Below are positions 1 through 14,339 of a stretch of DNA of 64,000 nucleotides, one piece after another. The notes under the pieces were generated by a model that had not been told where the DNA came from, did not search any database, and saw only the letters and a program-made list of their open reading frames with translations. The translations under genes were made by a program, and so were the position numbers. Source of the DNA: Antedon mediterranea (taxonomy: Eukaryota; Animalia; Echinodermata); assembly GCF_964355755.1 (NCBI RefSeq), contig NC_092678.1, positions 15,030,371 through 15,094,370 of the forward strand. Reading direction: 5' to 3'. Within the stretch, counting starts at the first letter, position 1. Every line of letters starts with the position of its first letter.

Positions 1-428
1 AAAATACCTTCTCAACCATGTCGAGTTGTAAACAATCCTAATTAGCATATGCATAATGCGTACCCATGGTGTGAAATCTTTGTTTACTTTCGCTCGCGAC
101 GATTTTCCAGATGAAATGTAATCAAACTAATTTACCTGTTATTACGTAAACTTGTTGTTTTTGGCTCGAATTTTCAACTTAAAGTAATAACTTTAATATT
201 ACTTTGATATGGCCACTTTAAATTTAGAATATTTTTACCTTTATTTTTTTGTGTTTCAAGGGACAATACATAAATATGAAATTTAGCATAGTAGACTGTT
301 TATAAATATAGTAATTGAAAAGTAATTTTGACCTATGGTAGTAGTAGTGCAATAAATACATATATTTGCAATTGATAATTATGTTGAGGATCTATTATAG
401 TTTTCAATTAAGCATTGCCCAAATAGGC

Positions 429-833
429 CTACTCCTCGAGTGTTGGGGGTTCGACTTCAAAAAATGATCCAGTTACTGACCCATACAAACAAGTATGACA
501 ATTGGTTAGCAAACCAGCCACAATATAGTATTTTGCCACTGGTTGTAAAAACACCTTAAGGTCTTTCTTGAAGTCCACAAAAGCCCAGTTCTGTAGTATC
601 TTTCCAAATACCCACTCCACACAAACACGTACAGAAGACATGGCAGCATTGAACTCCTGCTGACGCTGATCTAAGTTAGCAGCTCCTTGTCTGAATGGTG
701 AAATCAGCCATGGGCGTATAGGATAAGTTGATGAATTTCTTCTTTCAAATACCTGTCTATCTAAAGCGTACTGTAATAGATCCTCATCATGATTATCAAT
801 TGCAAAATCTACCAAATTTTCGGCCATTTTCAC
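429..833 (-). pseudogene. PIF/Harbinger (HARBI1-like) DDE transposase remnant, internally deleted
   Basis: C-terminal Harbinger-type motifs YPIRPWLISPF...FNAAMSSVRVCVEWVFG...LLTNCHTCLYG are joined directly to a short N-terminus (MAENLVDF...); the first two catalytic Asp regions are missing. Confidence 0.8.
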
Positions 834-1859
834 GTTACTTTAATAGTACTCAAGGACCTGGTGCCAATTAGTTAGGATCGAGTGTACACAGTACTACTGT
901 ACTACTACTATACAGTAGGCCTGTTTGTTTTTGTTTATATCGTATGCTTTGAAGCGTATCAGAACTCTGCTGCCACCTATAGTTTTCATATTATCGGTGA
1001 TCGAGGATACGAAACTACATTTGTTCTTAAAACGAGTACGAGATCGAGAACCGGTAATTAATGCTGGTTCTCGTTCCCGATCGAGATAGCGAAAGCTCTC
1101 TATTACCACGCAATCACGGCGAATACCGCATATTTCATAGTCATTGCGTAAGATTCTGGTTCACACGAAGTGACGAATATGCGTCGAATATCGCTTAGTT
1201 ACGCGATACGCGGTAAATAATCTTCACACGAAGTGACGAATGTATTAATTAAGTGATTACTCTTTAATTAATGAGTATATTTTTTTATGAACACTTTAAA
1301 ATTATTCATTTGATATATTTTTACATAATTACCACAAAAATAATGGACATTCGCTTTTCTTCTTGCGAGAAATGACCGTGCAAAAAGTGCCTTTTTTACA
1401 ATCGCGATTTTCTCGAAATGGACATTTTGCGGATTCGCCGGTTCGTGTGACGAGTGACGATATGATTGAAACTTCATCCTTATTGTTTGTACCTCCTTAT
1501 ATACAATGGCTTACATTCTTTGCAAATAAATTACATAAAACGAACAATTAAAAATCAACCAAAAAAATAACAAAACACAATGTAAGCATAATGTACTTTA
1601 CAATATTTCATATAATACACCTACCGGGAGCTAATGAAATTACCAGCCAGATATCATATCGAAGAGTCGCTTATATTCGGGAAACTTTGATTTTTCAACC
1701 TGGACCGCAAATTCAGTTCACAACGTTACCGGTTCCCATTTCCTTATAAATGATCAAACTATCAAGTTATACAAAAACTTTCAGAATTACTTACTGCATT
1801 TTACCAAGCCTAATAATGGGTTATGGGTATTCATTTTTTCAGTTGTAACCTTATATAGT

Positions 1860-2157
1860 GAGGGCGTGTGGCGCTGTGTGTTGGACGTTCGACTGATCAT
1901 TAGACCGAGGTTCAAATCCAACTCTCGCCGCATTGCTTGTATCCTTAGGCAAGATACTTTACTTACGTTTGCCTCTCTCCACATAGGTGTATAATTGGGA
2001 ACCCGGTTAGATCGAGACACAAGTTTGCGCTGATTAGTATCTGCATCTATGGGAGTATGTTTCCATAGGTGTTTGATCAGGAAATGACTGGGGTAATAAT
2101 GTTTAGCGCATTGATAGCTTGGTTATATGCGCTATATAAGAATGAACTATTATTATA
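1860..2157 (+). mobile_element. tRNA-derived SINE with CORE-like body and L2-like tail
   Basis: A-box-like TGGCGCTGTG, B box GGTTCAAATCC, core-like CCTTAGGCAAG...AGGTGTATAATTGGG, tail GCGCTATATAAG...TATTAT. Confidence 0.7.
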
Positions 2158-2338
2158 TAACAGTATTTTATTTCATTTTTTATTCGTTCAATTTCAATAT
2201 AAATACATACAAAAAAAGGCAAACCAAAGTGAACTTAATCGCTGTAGCGGAGCCGGTTGACACAATCCCAAAGTTATTTATTAAAGTTATAAATATAAGA
2301 CTCATTTTATATTTGTTGTTAATGACTTTTTCACATAG

Positions 2339-2440
2339 AATAGACACACCGATCAATATTTATATGAAGCTTCGTAATATTAAATTAGAGATATGTTCTG
2401 TCTGATAATCAATGGTGTATCCCCCACATTTACAAAAGAG
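2339..2440 (+). pseudogene. Ankyrin pseudo-exon (type A)
   Basis: Homologous to exon 14235-14339; ag/gt retained, but indels give an in-frame TAA. Confidence 0.75.
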
Positions 2441-2723
2441 GTTATTCGACAAAGATTTAAATTGAAATATAGCATACTGGTAATAGTACACTTATGCTTA
2501 AAAATAATCTTTTTTTGCTTTGTTTTTGTTCATCATATTATTACCTTCAAATATAAGAAGGTAATGTACTGTATGTTGTTCAATTATTATTAACATGATG
2601 CAACTGCTCTTGGTATAATTAATACATTTTAGCTCCTTTCGATTAATTTGATTTAGTTAATCAATGTTGTATAATCCATCGAAGAATAATATTTATTAAA
2701 AATATAACATTTTCTACATGTAC

Positions 2724-2819
2724 ATGCTCTACATGTACATCTAAGTGGTAGATATGTTAAACCTTCGTTATAAATAGTTACTTATAAGCTTGGTTGTATC
2801 TCTAACATTACTGAATAAG
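2724..2819 (+). pseudogene. Ankyrin pseudo-exon (type B)
   Basis: Homologous to 14581-14691 including the donor AATAAG|gtaaag; acceptor and 5' part lost; indels and a stop. Confidence 0.75.
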
Positions 2820-3906
2820 GTAAAGTACATAAGAGTGGACCCTATATTTCGGTGATCTAACCTTGTGTAATTATCGGGTGACACTCAAGCGCACCTCATA
2901 TTTCGAGTATTGTGTTCATAACTATAAAGGCCTACTTGCATCACAGTGGTTAAAACAAGAAAACACAGTTGGACACCTCTAACGGTCGTGGTACCGATAT
3001 TTAATCTCTAAATGGGAAATGAATATATTATATATATTTTAATTATCCGCATCGTTTTATTTCTATTGTATAAAATAAATACGTTGTGTGATTTGTAATG
3101 AATTAATTATATATCTTCATAAAGGCGGACATAGCATAAGGTAAAAGGGCTAGAGATAATGTATTGAATAGATTATTAATTTAACTATGTTTTATGTTTT
3201 AGTATCCCTAAAGTCTAAAAAGGGCCAATTTGGGAAAAAATTAGAAACAAGTGTTTCTCAACTGATTTGTGTCATCTGGGGTCTATATATCCACCAAATT
3301 TTGGAATTTTAAAGTGGCGGCCATAAATTACAGGTGCACCCGATTCTGCTACTATCCATAGGTGCTATCTGTAAAACTATAGCAAGTTATACACGTTGCT
3401 GTCTGCTATAAATGCTGTACTTTTAACACACGGTACACTGTCTGTAGCACAGTGTCTGTTGACAATTTACAATGATGTACAACCATAGGCAGGTTTTCGT
3501 ACTGCCATGCAAGAATGGATAGGTGTTTTCCGCCGCTTTTAGGCCTTGATCTTGTCAGTTATTGTTATTAGTATACGAATTACGTAATTAGTTTAGTAGC
3601 TCATCTACCTTTTTAGCAGGGCATAATGAATATTTTAGCTAGGCTAGGCCTACTAGTCTAGCGGGAAATCAACCAATTATTTGGTTGGATACGAGCTTAG
3701 GGTAGGAAGTTAAGTACGAGTTGGCATGGGTACGAGTCGACCAGGGGTGAATCGACCAGGGTACACCCAGCCGCACTACTAGATCATAGGCTAACATGCC
3801 TGCAGGAATGGAAAATCTGTCCTAGCTATAGGCATAGGCCTACATTGGGACGCCAAAAAAAGCCATCCTATGAGCATAAAAAGGCCTCCTAGAACCAGAC
3901 GTTTTA

Positions 3907-4308
3907 TTGTTCTTTAACATCCCTCAATCCAGTGCAAGTGAGGACACAGAGAATGTCCTACGGAAGGTGCTGACCAAAGTAAACACCGCTGCTGACGATA
4001 TCGAGTTTGCAAATGTCCACCGTCTGCCTACCAAGTCTGTAACGACTACTAAGCCCATCATAGCAAAATTTCTAAAAATGAAAGATCGTGAGGCCGTTTT
4101 GAATTACATTTCTCGCGCTAAGCTGAACATCGCTGGGAAACCGGTTGTTGCTGTTCCACATCTGCCTACAGCCATGCAACATGAACGGAAAAGGCTCATT
4201 CCAATTCGAAACAAGCTGTTAGACAGTGGGAAGAACGCCAAAATACGAGTTCAAGGCACCAAGGTAGCTATCTTCGTTGATAAGGTAATATGGAAAGAGA
4301 ATTTGTAA
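3907..4308 (+). pseudogene. LINE ORF1 C-terminal fragment (RRM-type, CR1 group)
   Basis: IEFANVHRL...KPIIAKF...ERKRLIP motifs upstream of an APE-containing ORF2. Confidence 0.75.
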
Positions 4309-4830
4309 ATTGTTTACTATTCTATTTCAACATTAACTCATTTTTTAACTTCGAAATGCCGGACGGTAGTCGTTTTATTTGCCATTTTCAACATTTAATT
4401 TATTTCATGAACTTCCCAACTGTTTAATGAATTTCCGTACTGTTTAGAATGAGAATCGTTTATTTTCCTTTATTTATTGAACTATGCAAATGCCGGCAGT
4501 ACTTTATGGAGTGAGAAACTGTAAATTGTTTGTATTTCCATTCTTACATTAATTAATTATTTCATAAATTTTTAAAATGCAAGTAGTGTGAGATTTCATT
4601 GATCTTTCTATCTGTCCACACGTTAAATTCAAACATCATATGGACCTTTCCCCAGTAACACATTTTTCTTGTCCTCTTCGTTTTTCACTTTCTGCCTAGA
4701 TAAGTATATGTGTTTAAGTGTGTATAATATATGTTATATGTTGGCATGGTACTCTTTTTTTTTACATATATATTTCATTATGCGTTATATTTAATGACCT
4801 ATTACATTTCATTTTATATTATTCAAGTAA

Positions 4831-6660
4831 ATGACTAACTATTGTAATTGCTATTCAAAAGACATTAGAAGTCATCAGTCAACGATTGTTTGTAAAATTT
4901 GTAACTCTTTTTACCATACACATTGTATTTATACCGATGTTAATGCTAATGAAGACTGGTTTTGTTTTCAATGTACTGGAAATGTCTTTCCTTTCAACCA
5001 TTACATTGACGACGATGAATTTAAATTTGCTTTATTCAGTCTTAATAATACCCTTGAATATAATAGAATGTTAAATCTGAAATTTAATCCATTTGTCTTT
5101 AACGATGTGATAAATAACTCTAATAATTTAATTGATTATGACATACCACATTCATGTTCTTATACATTTGATCATAACATCTCAGCTACATGTGAAAAGG
5201 ACTTTTCCATCTTACATATACATCCACGAAGTTTCAATAAAAACGTTCTGATTAGCACGTTCCTCACTAGTTTAAGGCATACCTTTTCGATTCTAGCTTT
5301 ATCAGAAACCTGGTTTAAAGAGGATGGTTCCAATTTAATCCACATAGATAACTATAACTTGGTTAATACACCACGCTGTGGAAGAAGAAGTGGTGGTGTT
5401 GCTATCTATGTTCATAATACAATCTCATTTCGAATTCGAAATGATTTAAAATTAATTGACAAACCATCTGAGCACTTTGATCATTCTAAATCTATCTTTA
5501 TTGAAATAACAGTTCCCGGTAGGAAAAACATTGTCGTTGGCAATATCTATCATGCTCATCGTACCAATATTGAAACATTTTTTTATGATCTTACAAATTG
5601 TCTCACAAAAATTAATACTAAAGAAAAACAATGTTATATATCCGGTGATTTTAATCTTGACCTTCTACATTCTAATGACAATCACATTATTAATGAGTTC
5701 CTCTCTATTTTTTATAACCATAATATGTTTCCTCTTATCGATAGACCCACCAGAATTACCCCTTCAACAGCTTCCCTAATTGATAACATTTTCACTAACG
5801 TTTTTACTCATTATATAAAATCGGGTGTTGTTATTGCCGATGTTTCTGATCATTATCCTGTTTACCAAATCACTAAATCAACTCCAATTAGCAACGCAAA
5901 TACCGCGAATAAAATTTCCACTCGTTTATTTAACCAAACTAGAATTCAACACTTTTTTGAAAATTTAAGCTTGGTTGATTGGAGTTGTATTACTGATCTT
6001 GATTCTTCTGACCATGCATATAATGTTTTCATCGATAAATTCACAAAGGTGTACAATGTACATTTTCCCATCTCTAAACATTCCAACAACAATTCCCGGC
6101 GTCGTTGTATTCCTCAAAAACATTGGATTACTTCGGCGATCCTAAAATCAATAACTCGAAAAGATAAATTATACAAAAAGTATGCAAGTAACCCTACTGA
6201 ATTCAACAAAACGTCTTATGTTAATTATCGTAATAAACTTACTTCTATAATCAGGATTTCTAAACAGCAGTATTATGCTGAAAAGCTTGAGGAAACAAAA
6301 TTTAATTCAAAACAGACTTGGAATGTTCTCAATAACATTATGGGTAGACAAAACAATAAACACATATCATCATTTTTTTAAATAAATGATATACATATAT
6401 CTGATTCTCAAATTATTGCTGATAACTTTAATAATTACTTTGTCAACATTGGTCCTGAATACCTACGTAAAATTCCTCAATCTGATATTACTTTTAATTA
6501 TTTTATAAATAACATAAAATCACCCGTTAGCTCTCTGTTTTTTTTACCAACTGATAAAGATGAAGTACTCACAATATTCAGAAATCTGAAATCTGGTGCT
6601 AGCAGCGGTTTCGATGACATTAAACCAGATATTATTAAATCTGTTGGGGAATTAATAGCA
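4831..6660 (+). pseudogene. CR1-group LINE ORF2, 5' part: PHD finger + APE endonuclease, RT missing
   Basis: PHD-like CxxC..HxxC..WFCxxC; APE motifs SETW, SGGV, GDFN, PTR, IDNIF, SDHYP; in-frame TAA at 6379-6381 with the frame continuing (IADNFNNYFVNIG) until truncation at ~6660. Confidence 0.9.
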
Positions 6661-9600
6661 TCATCACCCAAGCCAACTCATACCTAATTTGGCTAACCCG
6701 TACCCAAATAATTGGTTAAATCGTACCAACTTTGGCTAACCTGTACCCAAATTTTTAATAGCATTAAACATGGGTACTGGTCAAACCATGAAGAGTACGA
6801 GCCAGCCCTTGATGAGTGCGAGTGAGCCAACATTTTGGTTACGAGTTGGAATTTTTACGGGTTGACCTGTATTCTTCTAGCTAATATTACTAGGCCTCGA
6901 GTAGGTCTACGCTAAATTCCGGCTACAATAATGGTCTATTCTGTTTATAGCTTTATTGATACTGGGTTCAAATCTGGGTTGGGACGGCTTTTTCTCATTC
7001 AAAAACAGATTTCCTTATAATAATAAAATAATATCGGCCTATGAATTTAACTTAATATTGTATTGTTTACATAATATTAGTAATTCCCATTGTATTTATT
7101 ATTATTATTATTATATATTTTACGGTTACCCTTTAATTATACCATAGTATAACTTCCTTGTTATATTTTATTTTCTTCATAATTCAGCATTTTTTTTTTC
7201 ACAGCACAAATTATCATACTGAATCATCACACACAAATTCTCATGAAATCTCTACTGTATTTCTGCAAGCTAATGCAGCTACATGGTATTGCCTTGAGGC
7301 TAAACTACACGGTATACTGGCACTACCATCATTCCTGGCCCACACATAAGTACAGTCGTGTACTACTGATTCCATCCTGTGGTCAAGGCTTTATTTGCTC
7401 TTATGCTTATTTCCTCTAACATACAGAGTACGTAGGGCTTCTAATTTGCTTTTATACCTGTTAATTTAAAAATCATTTAGGCCTATTGGTGCATAAAGAT
7501 CAAATTTAGACTGTAAATACTGGAATGATCACCCAAAAATTTATTTCACAGCTAGAAAAAAGAATACAGAGTATAATAATTATTTTTGTGTGAATCTTCT
7601 TGGGGTTGTTTGACAGCCTATTCGCTTCTTCTTTTCTTCAGAAAACATCTAATTTAGGTCTTAAAGTCACAAAAATACACCACACATCGCCAACCTCAAA
7701 CACACCAGATTCTACCAACACACACTTTATCTACTGAACTAACATAGTACAGTATAAGTCAAATTAAATGTTTGACATTTTTTTATTGAAATCAATCTTC
7801 TGCAAAAAATATTATAATAGTAACAATAACAGAATGGTTTATAGGTATTTTAATATTTTTTAAACTTAAAAAGATAAAAAAAACTGTTAAACATACATTA
7901 TAAATGAAATAAAATAACTGCTATTTTAGTAATGCATACACAATTACAGAATATTAGAAATCAATGAATTATGTGTCTAAATATGGCATTATTAGGCTAA
8001 TTTGCTTTGAGAAAAACATTAATGGCATTGGCCTATACAAAAAATCGATGCAATTAGACAAAATAGTTACATAAACAATTAATACTAATATTGGTAGGCA
8101 TAACATAATAGTGTATATAAATTTTCCTTCAATATAACCAGTATAGGGCCTTACCAATATATTTAATACATAATTTATTATATGAACTATATTACACAAA
8201 ATAAATATAAATTAATTTATAAGGACATGATGATTATCAAAAATAGTCAATATAATTTAATATTATGTTCATATTATTATTATATCATAGAGATTTTCAA
8301 AAACATAGTTTGGTATCATTTAGTTTCTGTTTCAGACCTTTAATATTTGGAAATAACCTATAATAATTATAAAACATTTTTTTTTTAATGCCATTATGTA
8401 TGTAGATACAGTACACCTATATTGTGAGAACACAATTTCAATCATTTCTTTGTTTATCAACCTAGAGGTTAAATTTTTAGGAAAACATTGGTTTATTTTT
8501 TATATAAATTATATGTGCAGAAATTCGTTCTTCTAGCCTCAGATTATTCCTGAAGTTAGACATAAATCACCCAAATTATTATTAAGTAATTAAATGGATA
8601 GTAGATGAAGTACAGTACACATACATGTTTCAGGAGGATACTTTATGTTAAAGGTGATAATTTTACCCCGATGAAATGTATTCAATTACCAGGTTGAAGT
8701 ATAGTGGAAACACTACTATAATGGCAACATAAATGTACTCATATAGAACACAGTCAGTTCTACCAAGGTTAGAGGTGTGCCACAATTTGAGATAAGTGGA
8801 CACATGACTTTTTCAATAGTGAATTCATTACCAGCATTATAAATAACATTTTAAAAAGATGAGAATGCAAGTAAAGATCAGATTCATAGTCCTCATTATA
8901 CACAATAATTTTCTACTATCACATATTAAAATATAAAACAATCATATAGCCTTTAATGAATTTACATGGAGGTCTATCCAAATAAATTTAAATAAAAGGG
9001 TCGTAATATGTCTTCGTCTCCAGTTCGTGGAAATTGAAGTTAGGATTCCATCATTTCAACAACAAAAAATATTCAAAATTTTCCTGCCAGTTTGCGTTCA
9101 AGAGTACAACCTGCTTAGTTTTTAATACGAGTACTGCTTTCTATACACATAACTTTGATTTCTGAAAAAAAAAATCTCTGTAATAATGTACTTTAATTTC
9201 TGTAATAATCTAGGCGTAGATTATGTTGACCAGACCAGTGAGAGGACGATCGACTGTACAGTACTAACATAAGTCCTCTAGGTGGATACAACTTATTTCT
9301 TGTCTACAAAGTGTACAGTAGTATGCTAATAGTACTATTATTAGATTAGGTAGTAGGAGTAGTTTGGAGAGATACATCTATTTATAAGATAATACTTTAT
9401 ATTTATAGATATACAGTAATATCAATAGGTGCAATTCAACAGTTATGAATAAAAAAAAACTATGTATGCTTTTTTCTGCCTTTGAAATATAAAATTGTTA
9501 AATGAAAAAGAAAATTTAGGGTGATAATCCCAGTATTTACAGTCTAACTTTGATCTATATGCAACAATAGGCATAAACGATTTTTTAATTAACAGGTATA

Positions 9601-12600
9601 AAAGCAAATTAAATGTCCTACGTACTCTGTAAAACAAAACAAGCATAAGTCCAAATAAATCCTTGACCACAGGATGTAATTCATTATTTGGAATCAGTAG
9701 TACACGACTGTGTGTTGGACCATAATGTGATCCAGGTTGACGGGCCAGGAATGATGGTAGTGCCCAGTATACAGTGTAGTTTAGCCTCAAGGCAATACCA
9801 TGTAGCTGGATTAGCTTTGAGAAATACACTAGAGATTTCCTGAGATTTGTTGTGTGATGATTCAGTTTGATAATTTGTGCTGTGAAAAAAAAAATTGTTG
9901 AATTATGAAGAAAATATTGTAAAATATAATTAAAGGGTAACCGTAAAATATATAATAATAATAAATGCAATGGGAATTATTATTACTACTAATATTATGT
10001 ATACAATACAATATTACAGTTAAATTCATAGGTCGATATTATTTTATTATTACAGTATATGGAAATCTGTTTTAAAATGAGAAAAAACCGTCCCAACCTA
10101 GATTTGAACCCAGCTATAAAGCTATTGGTAGGAGTTGACCAATTATTTGGGTACGAGTTAGCCAAGTTTGGTACGAGTTGACATGGGTACGGCTTGACCA
10201 GCACCCTAGAATACGGATAAAAATCAACCCGTACCCCATGCCAACTCGTTCCCATCCCATGGTAGAATACTACTTACATGTTAGTTTAGCCTAGCTGGGC
10301 TAACCTACCTCAACTCTCACATGCCCTCCTGAAAAAACGCGACCAAAATTACTGGAACCCTACCCTAGCCTACTAGACCTAGACTTAGGCCTAGTAGATA
10401 GTAGTGATCCGTAGTACCATGGGACTAAAATAAATGGTAGACGTATTAGTACTGTGTAGTATTATGCTAACACGTCTGGCTCTACGAGGCCTTTTTATGC
10501 TCATAGGATGGCTTTTTTGGGCGTCCCAATGTAGGTCTATGCCTATAGCTAGGACAGATTTCCCATTCCTGCAGGCCTTTAACCTATGCTCTAGTTGGGC
10601 GGCCGGGTGTACCCTGGTCGATTCACCCCTGGTCGACTCGTAGGCTACCCATGCCAACTCGTACTTAACTTCCTACCCTAAACTCGTATCCAGCCAAAAA
10701 ATTGGTTGATTTCCCGCTAGACTAGTAGGCCTAGCCTAACTACAATATTCATTATGCCCAGCTAAAAAGGTAGATGAGCTACTAAACTAATTACGTAATT
10801 CGTATAACAATAACAATAATTGACTAGAATGCCTAAAAGCGGCGGAAAACACCTATCCATTCTTGCATGACAGTACGAAAACCTTCCTATGGTTGTACAT
10901 CATTGTAAATTGTCAACAGACACTGTGCTACGGACAGTGTACCGTGTATTAAAAGTACAACATTTATAGCAGACAGCAACGTGTATAACTTGCTATAGTT
11001 TTACAGATAGCACCTATGGACAGTAGCAGAATCGGGTGACAGATTTTTGTTCATAACTCAGCTTTTATGGACATGATTTTGGTGGTAAAGTATATGTTTT
11101 TAGGGTCAAGGAATCCAAATACAGCATTTTGAAGTTCACTCAATGGCCTCCATTTTGTTTTTAAAATCGCCGCCATAAAATACAGATTTTCTCATATCTC
11201 AGCTTCTACAAATTTGGATGTGATTTTGGTGGCAAAATGTATGTTTTGAGGGTCAATGAATGCAAAAATAAATTATTTTAAGTTCACTCTATGTTCGCCA
11301 TTTTGTTTTTCGAAATGGCTGCCATAAAATTTAAAGAATTTTATTCATATCTCAGCTTTTATCATCATATATGTTTTTTTTTGTGACGAAGGAGATCCCA
11401 TTTAAAGCAGCGTCTTATGTGGTGAATGGATGGTTACCAAATACACCGGAGACCAGCACTGGTCATCCTAACTGGTCTGAATTTATGCTCAAGTACTGGA
11501 TCAGTGGAGAAGTTGACAATCGAGTTTCTGCCGATCATTCTCAATGACCCAAATGATAATTCGACAGTTTATACTTCATTCTGTAAATATATATATTCAT
11601 ATCTTAGCTCTTCACAAAATCAACCACTGTGGGTTAAAACAATACAGATAGTTAAGAAAAGGCACCTACCGTTGTTGTCAGGCTTGGAGGATTCAATCTT
11701 CTCAAGAGCATCCTCGGTTGTATTGTACATATAACGGCTGGTTCGGGTTTGGACGATGTGCTTAGCTTACTTTATGAACCAAAAACTTACATTTTAAAGG
11801 GAGATGCATATTCAAAAGCTCTCAAAGCCCATTTTTAGCAGATTCAGCTGTTTATCATACAATGATGACACAGGATGAAGATGTTTTGACTCCATATATA
11901 GACACAGTAAATGGAATAACATTTAATGGTGGTGTATACTTGTTTGGGATGGATATCCTAGTAAACCTACAACCAAAGGCAACGAGCATCATCAAAGAAC
12001 ATTCCAGAAAAAAAAAACCAAGCAGTAATGTGAACATTACTCTAGATACCAAGGTTTCATCAAAACGAGAGGAATTACTTCGTAATGGCTGCAACAAAGC
12101 ATCTTTCATAACATTACTTTCTCAGGAAATGGAAAGATGTGGTATTAAAACCATCCAAGCTGATGAAGATGCAGACACGGTAGTGGTTAGAGAGGCTATA
12201 ATATCTCAAACCAATTGTTCTGATACAAATGTGTTTGTATTTACAGAAGATACAGATGTGTTAGTTCTTTTATGCTACCATTATCCAACCAATTCAAAGC
12301 TCATTTTTCAAACAAGTAGCTGAATCTGTAACATATCGTCTATTACTGGTTTAATCGCTGACCGTGATGAATTTCTTTTTAATTATGCAGGGTCTGTGTG
12401 TGACACTGTATCATATATATGTGGATACACTAAACATACTGTTATATGGATTATCACCAAACCGCTATCAAGCATCGAAAACGTTAGTAAATATGGTATT
12501 AAGGTATTATTATTATTGATGATTACATGGTCTGAATTCAGAGATAGATATCTTGTCAAAGGTAAGACATTACAAATTTGTGCGACAGGCAACAACGGGT

Positions 12601-12879
12601 AAATTAAATCAAGACAGACTACCACCAACAAATGGCTCAACTATACAGCACTCTCATCAGCAAGTTATTACATGGAAGGTCTTGGATACAAATGCTATAA
12701 ACCCGATGGAAAAGGCTGGAGGATTCATGACAATCACCTCCAATCATGACAGACAAATGATATTGCACCTCAATCTTTACTGAAACCAATATGCTATAAC
12801 TGCAAAGGAGGAAACCTATGCAGCACTCTCACGATGCAAGGTGCATCAGTAACAGCACCAAATAAGGTAACTTATAAGA

Positions 12880-13390
12880 ACATGGTATTTTTCAAAAAGG
12901 TAATCGAGAAGAACTGAAACGTGTTCAGAAATAGAGCTGAACTTGTTATAAGCTAATACAAACGAAAAATTGAAAATGATTTTGTCAGCAATGACATGAA
13001 AGGGTTTGGACAGGAATGCGGATAATGATTGGTTATAAAGGATCGAATATGAAGAATAGAAACTATAAAACTATAACCATCAATAGGTTATGCAAATGAA
13101 ATAAATTTCTTAATAGATTTGGCAATATTGATTAAAAACAAAAATTATTTACGGTAAGTTAGCTATTAGTTTGCTTGTAAAATTTTGATAGTGAATTTGA
13201 CCTATTCTAATAGGTCAACTTCATAATCAAATATTTCCTGTTCATTAGGTAAAACTAATGAACAAGACGTCTTTGAATTATTCCGAAAGTTAAAACATTC
13301 CAAGGCACCGACCCCTGATAGTATACAATCCAAGGTACTTAAAGCATGTGGTTCTCAAATATCCTGGTGTATTTACAGTCATTGTTAATA
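12880..13390 (+). mobile_element. Degenerate LINE ORF2 fragment (Rex1/Babar-like)
   Basis: Broken frames give KRKIENDFVSNDMK..WTGM and EQDVFELFRKLKHSKAPTPDSIQSKVLKAC. Confidence 0.55.
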
Positions 13391-14234
13391 CAAGAAGATT
13401 TTGTTCTGAATTGTGTTTCTTATGGTATTAGGTAGAAAAATTACCAGATATAATTCAATATCCATTTTTATATTTTAATACGTCTTTGTAAAACAATTAT
13501 TTCATCAGACTTTTTCTGGCTTTTGTAAATATTTTATATATTAGATAAAAAAAATAAATATGATGGAAATAACAGAGATCAATTAAAATATATTGACTTT
13601 ACTTCTTGTTAGATATCATCTTTTTAAAGGACCATCACCTCTTTTAAGCGACCACTACCCCTATATTTAATTTAGTGACCACCACTTTTAAAGAACCACC
13701 GACTCTTGTAAGCGTCCATCACTTTTAAAGGATCACCACACGTAAGAAAGGTGATTGCTTACGATATATGTGTCACATAATAGTTTAAAAGACATTAGAA
13801 ACCATAATCAATTCAAATATACACTTAAACACATCTTCTGCATTGCAACTTATGATTTAATTAGGATTTGCTTGTTAATTAAGATTGTTGATGTATGTTG
13901 TTTTTTTTTTATCGAGAGTCCTTATTGAAACAAGCTCTAGAACTTATAAAGTTATCATCTTGCTCTCATCCTGCCATTTTATTATTATGTATTTGTAATA
14001 CAGTATTGATGAATGAGCAACGAATATAAAACGAACACACGTTCTGCCATTCCTGATAATTGTATAAGTAAAAAGTATGAGTATTCCTGTATCTGAAGTG
14101 TTTTGTAAACACAATGTGTCTTATAATATTCATATTGCATCAGCCACAAAACAACAACAATCAATCATGTTATCAGTTGTGTCTAACAATAAGAATAAGA
14201 ATCCTTATATTTTATGTTTATGATTTATTCACAG

Positions 14235-14339
14235 AATGGATACACACCGATAACTATTTATCTGGAGCATGATGATGTTAAATTAGAGATATTGTACTGT
14301 CTGATAACCAATGGTGAATCACCAACATTACCAAAAGAG
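14235..14339 (+). CDS. Ankyrin exon A1 (35 aa, phase 0-0)
   Basis: cacag|NGYTPITIYLEHDDVKLEILYCLITNGESPTLPKE|gtaatt. Confidence 0.7.

Larger units (their letters stand above)
3334..11040. mobile_element. Foldback-like element with ~1.5-kb terminal inverted repeats
   Basis: 3337-3900 is the inverse of ~10470-11038 and ~6665-7545 is the inverse of ~9505-10200; AT-rich non-coding centre; short AG duplication at the ends. Confidence 0.8.
3200..12860 (+). mobile_element. Academ (AcademX-like) DNA transposon remnant, interrupted by a foldback element
   Basis: Begins TAG at 3200. Fragments at 11420-12840 read FLPII..DPND.STVYT, RLGGF, NKASF..LL, ADEDADT, EDTDVLVLL, CDTVS, RLPPT and a Cys-rich tail, resembling transposase + XPG/PIN-like nuclease. 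Host sequence rejoins across 3333/11041. Right end not found. Confidence 0.6.

Noticed and set aside
9443-10657. ORFs of 175, 86 and 88 aa
   Set aside because: They lie in the inverted arm of the foldback element and are not preserved in the opposite arm
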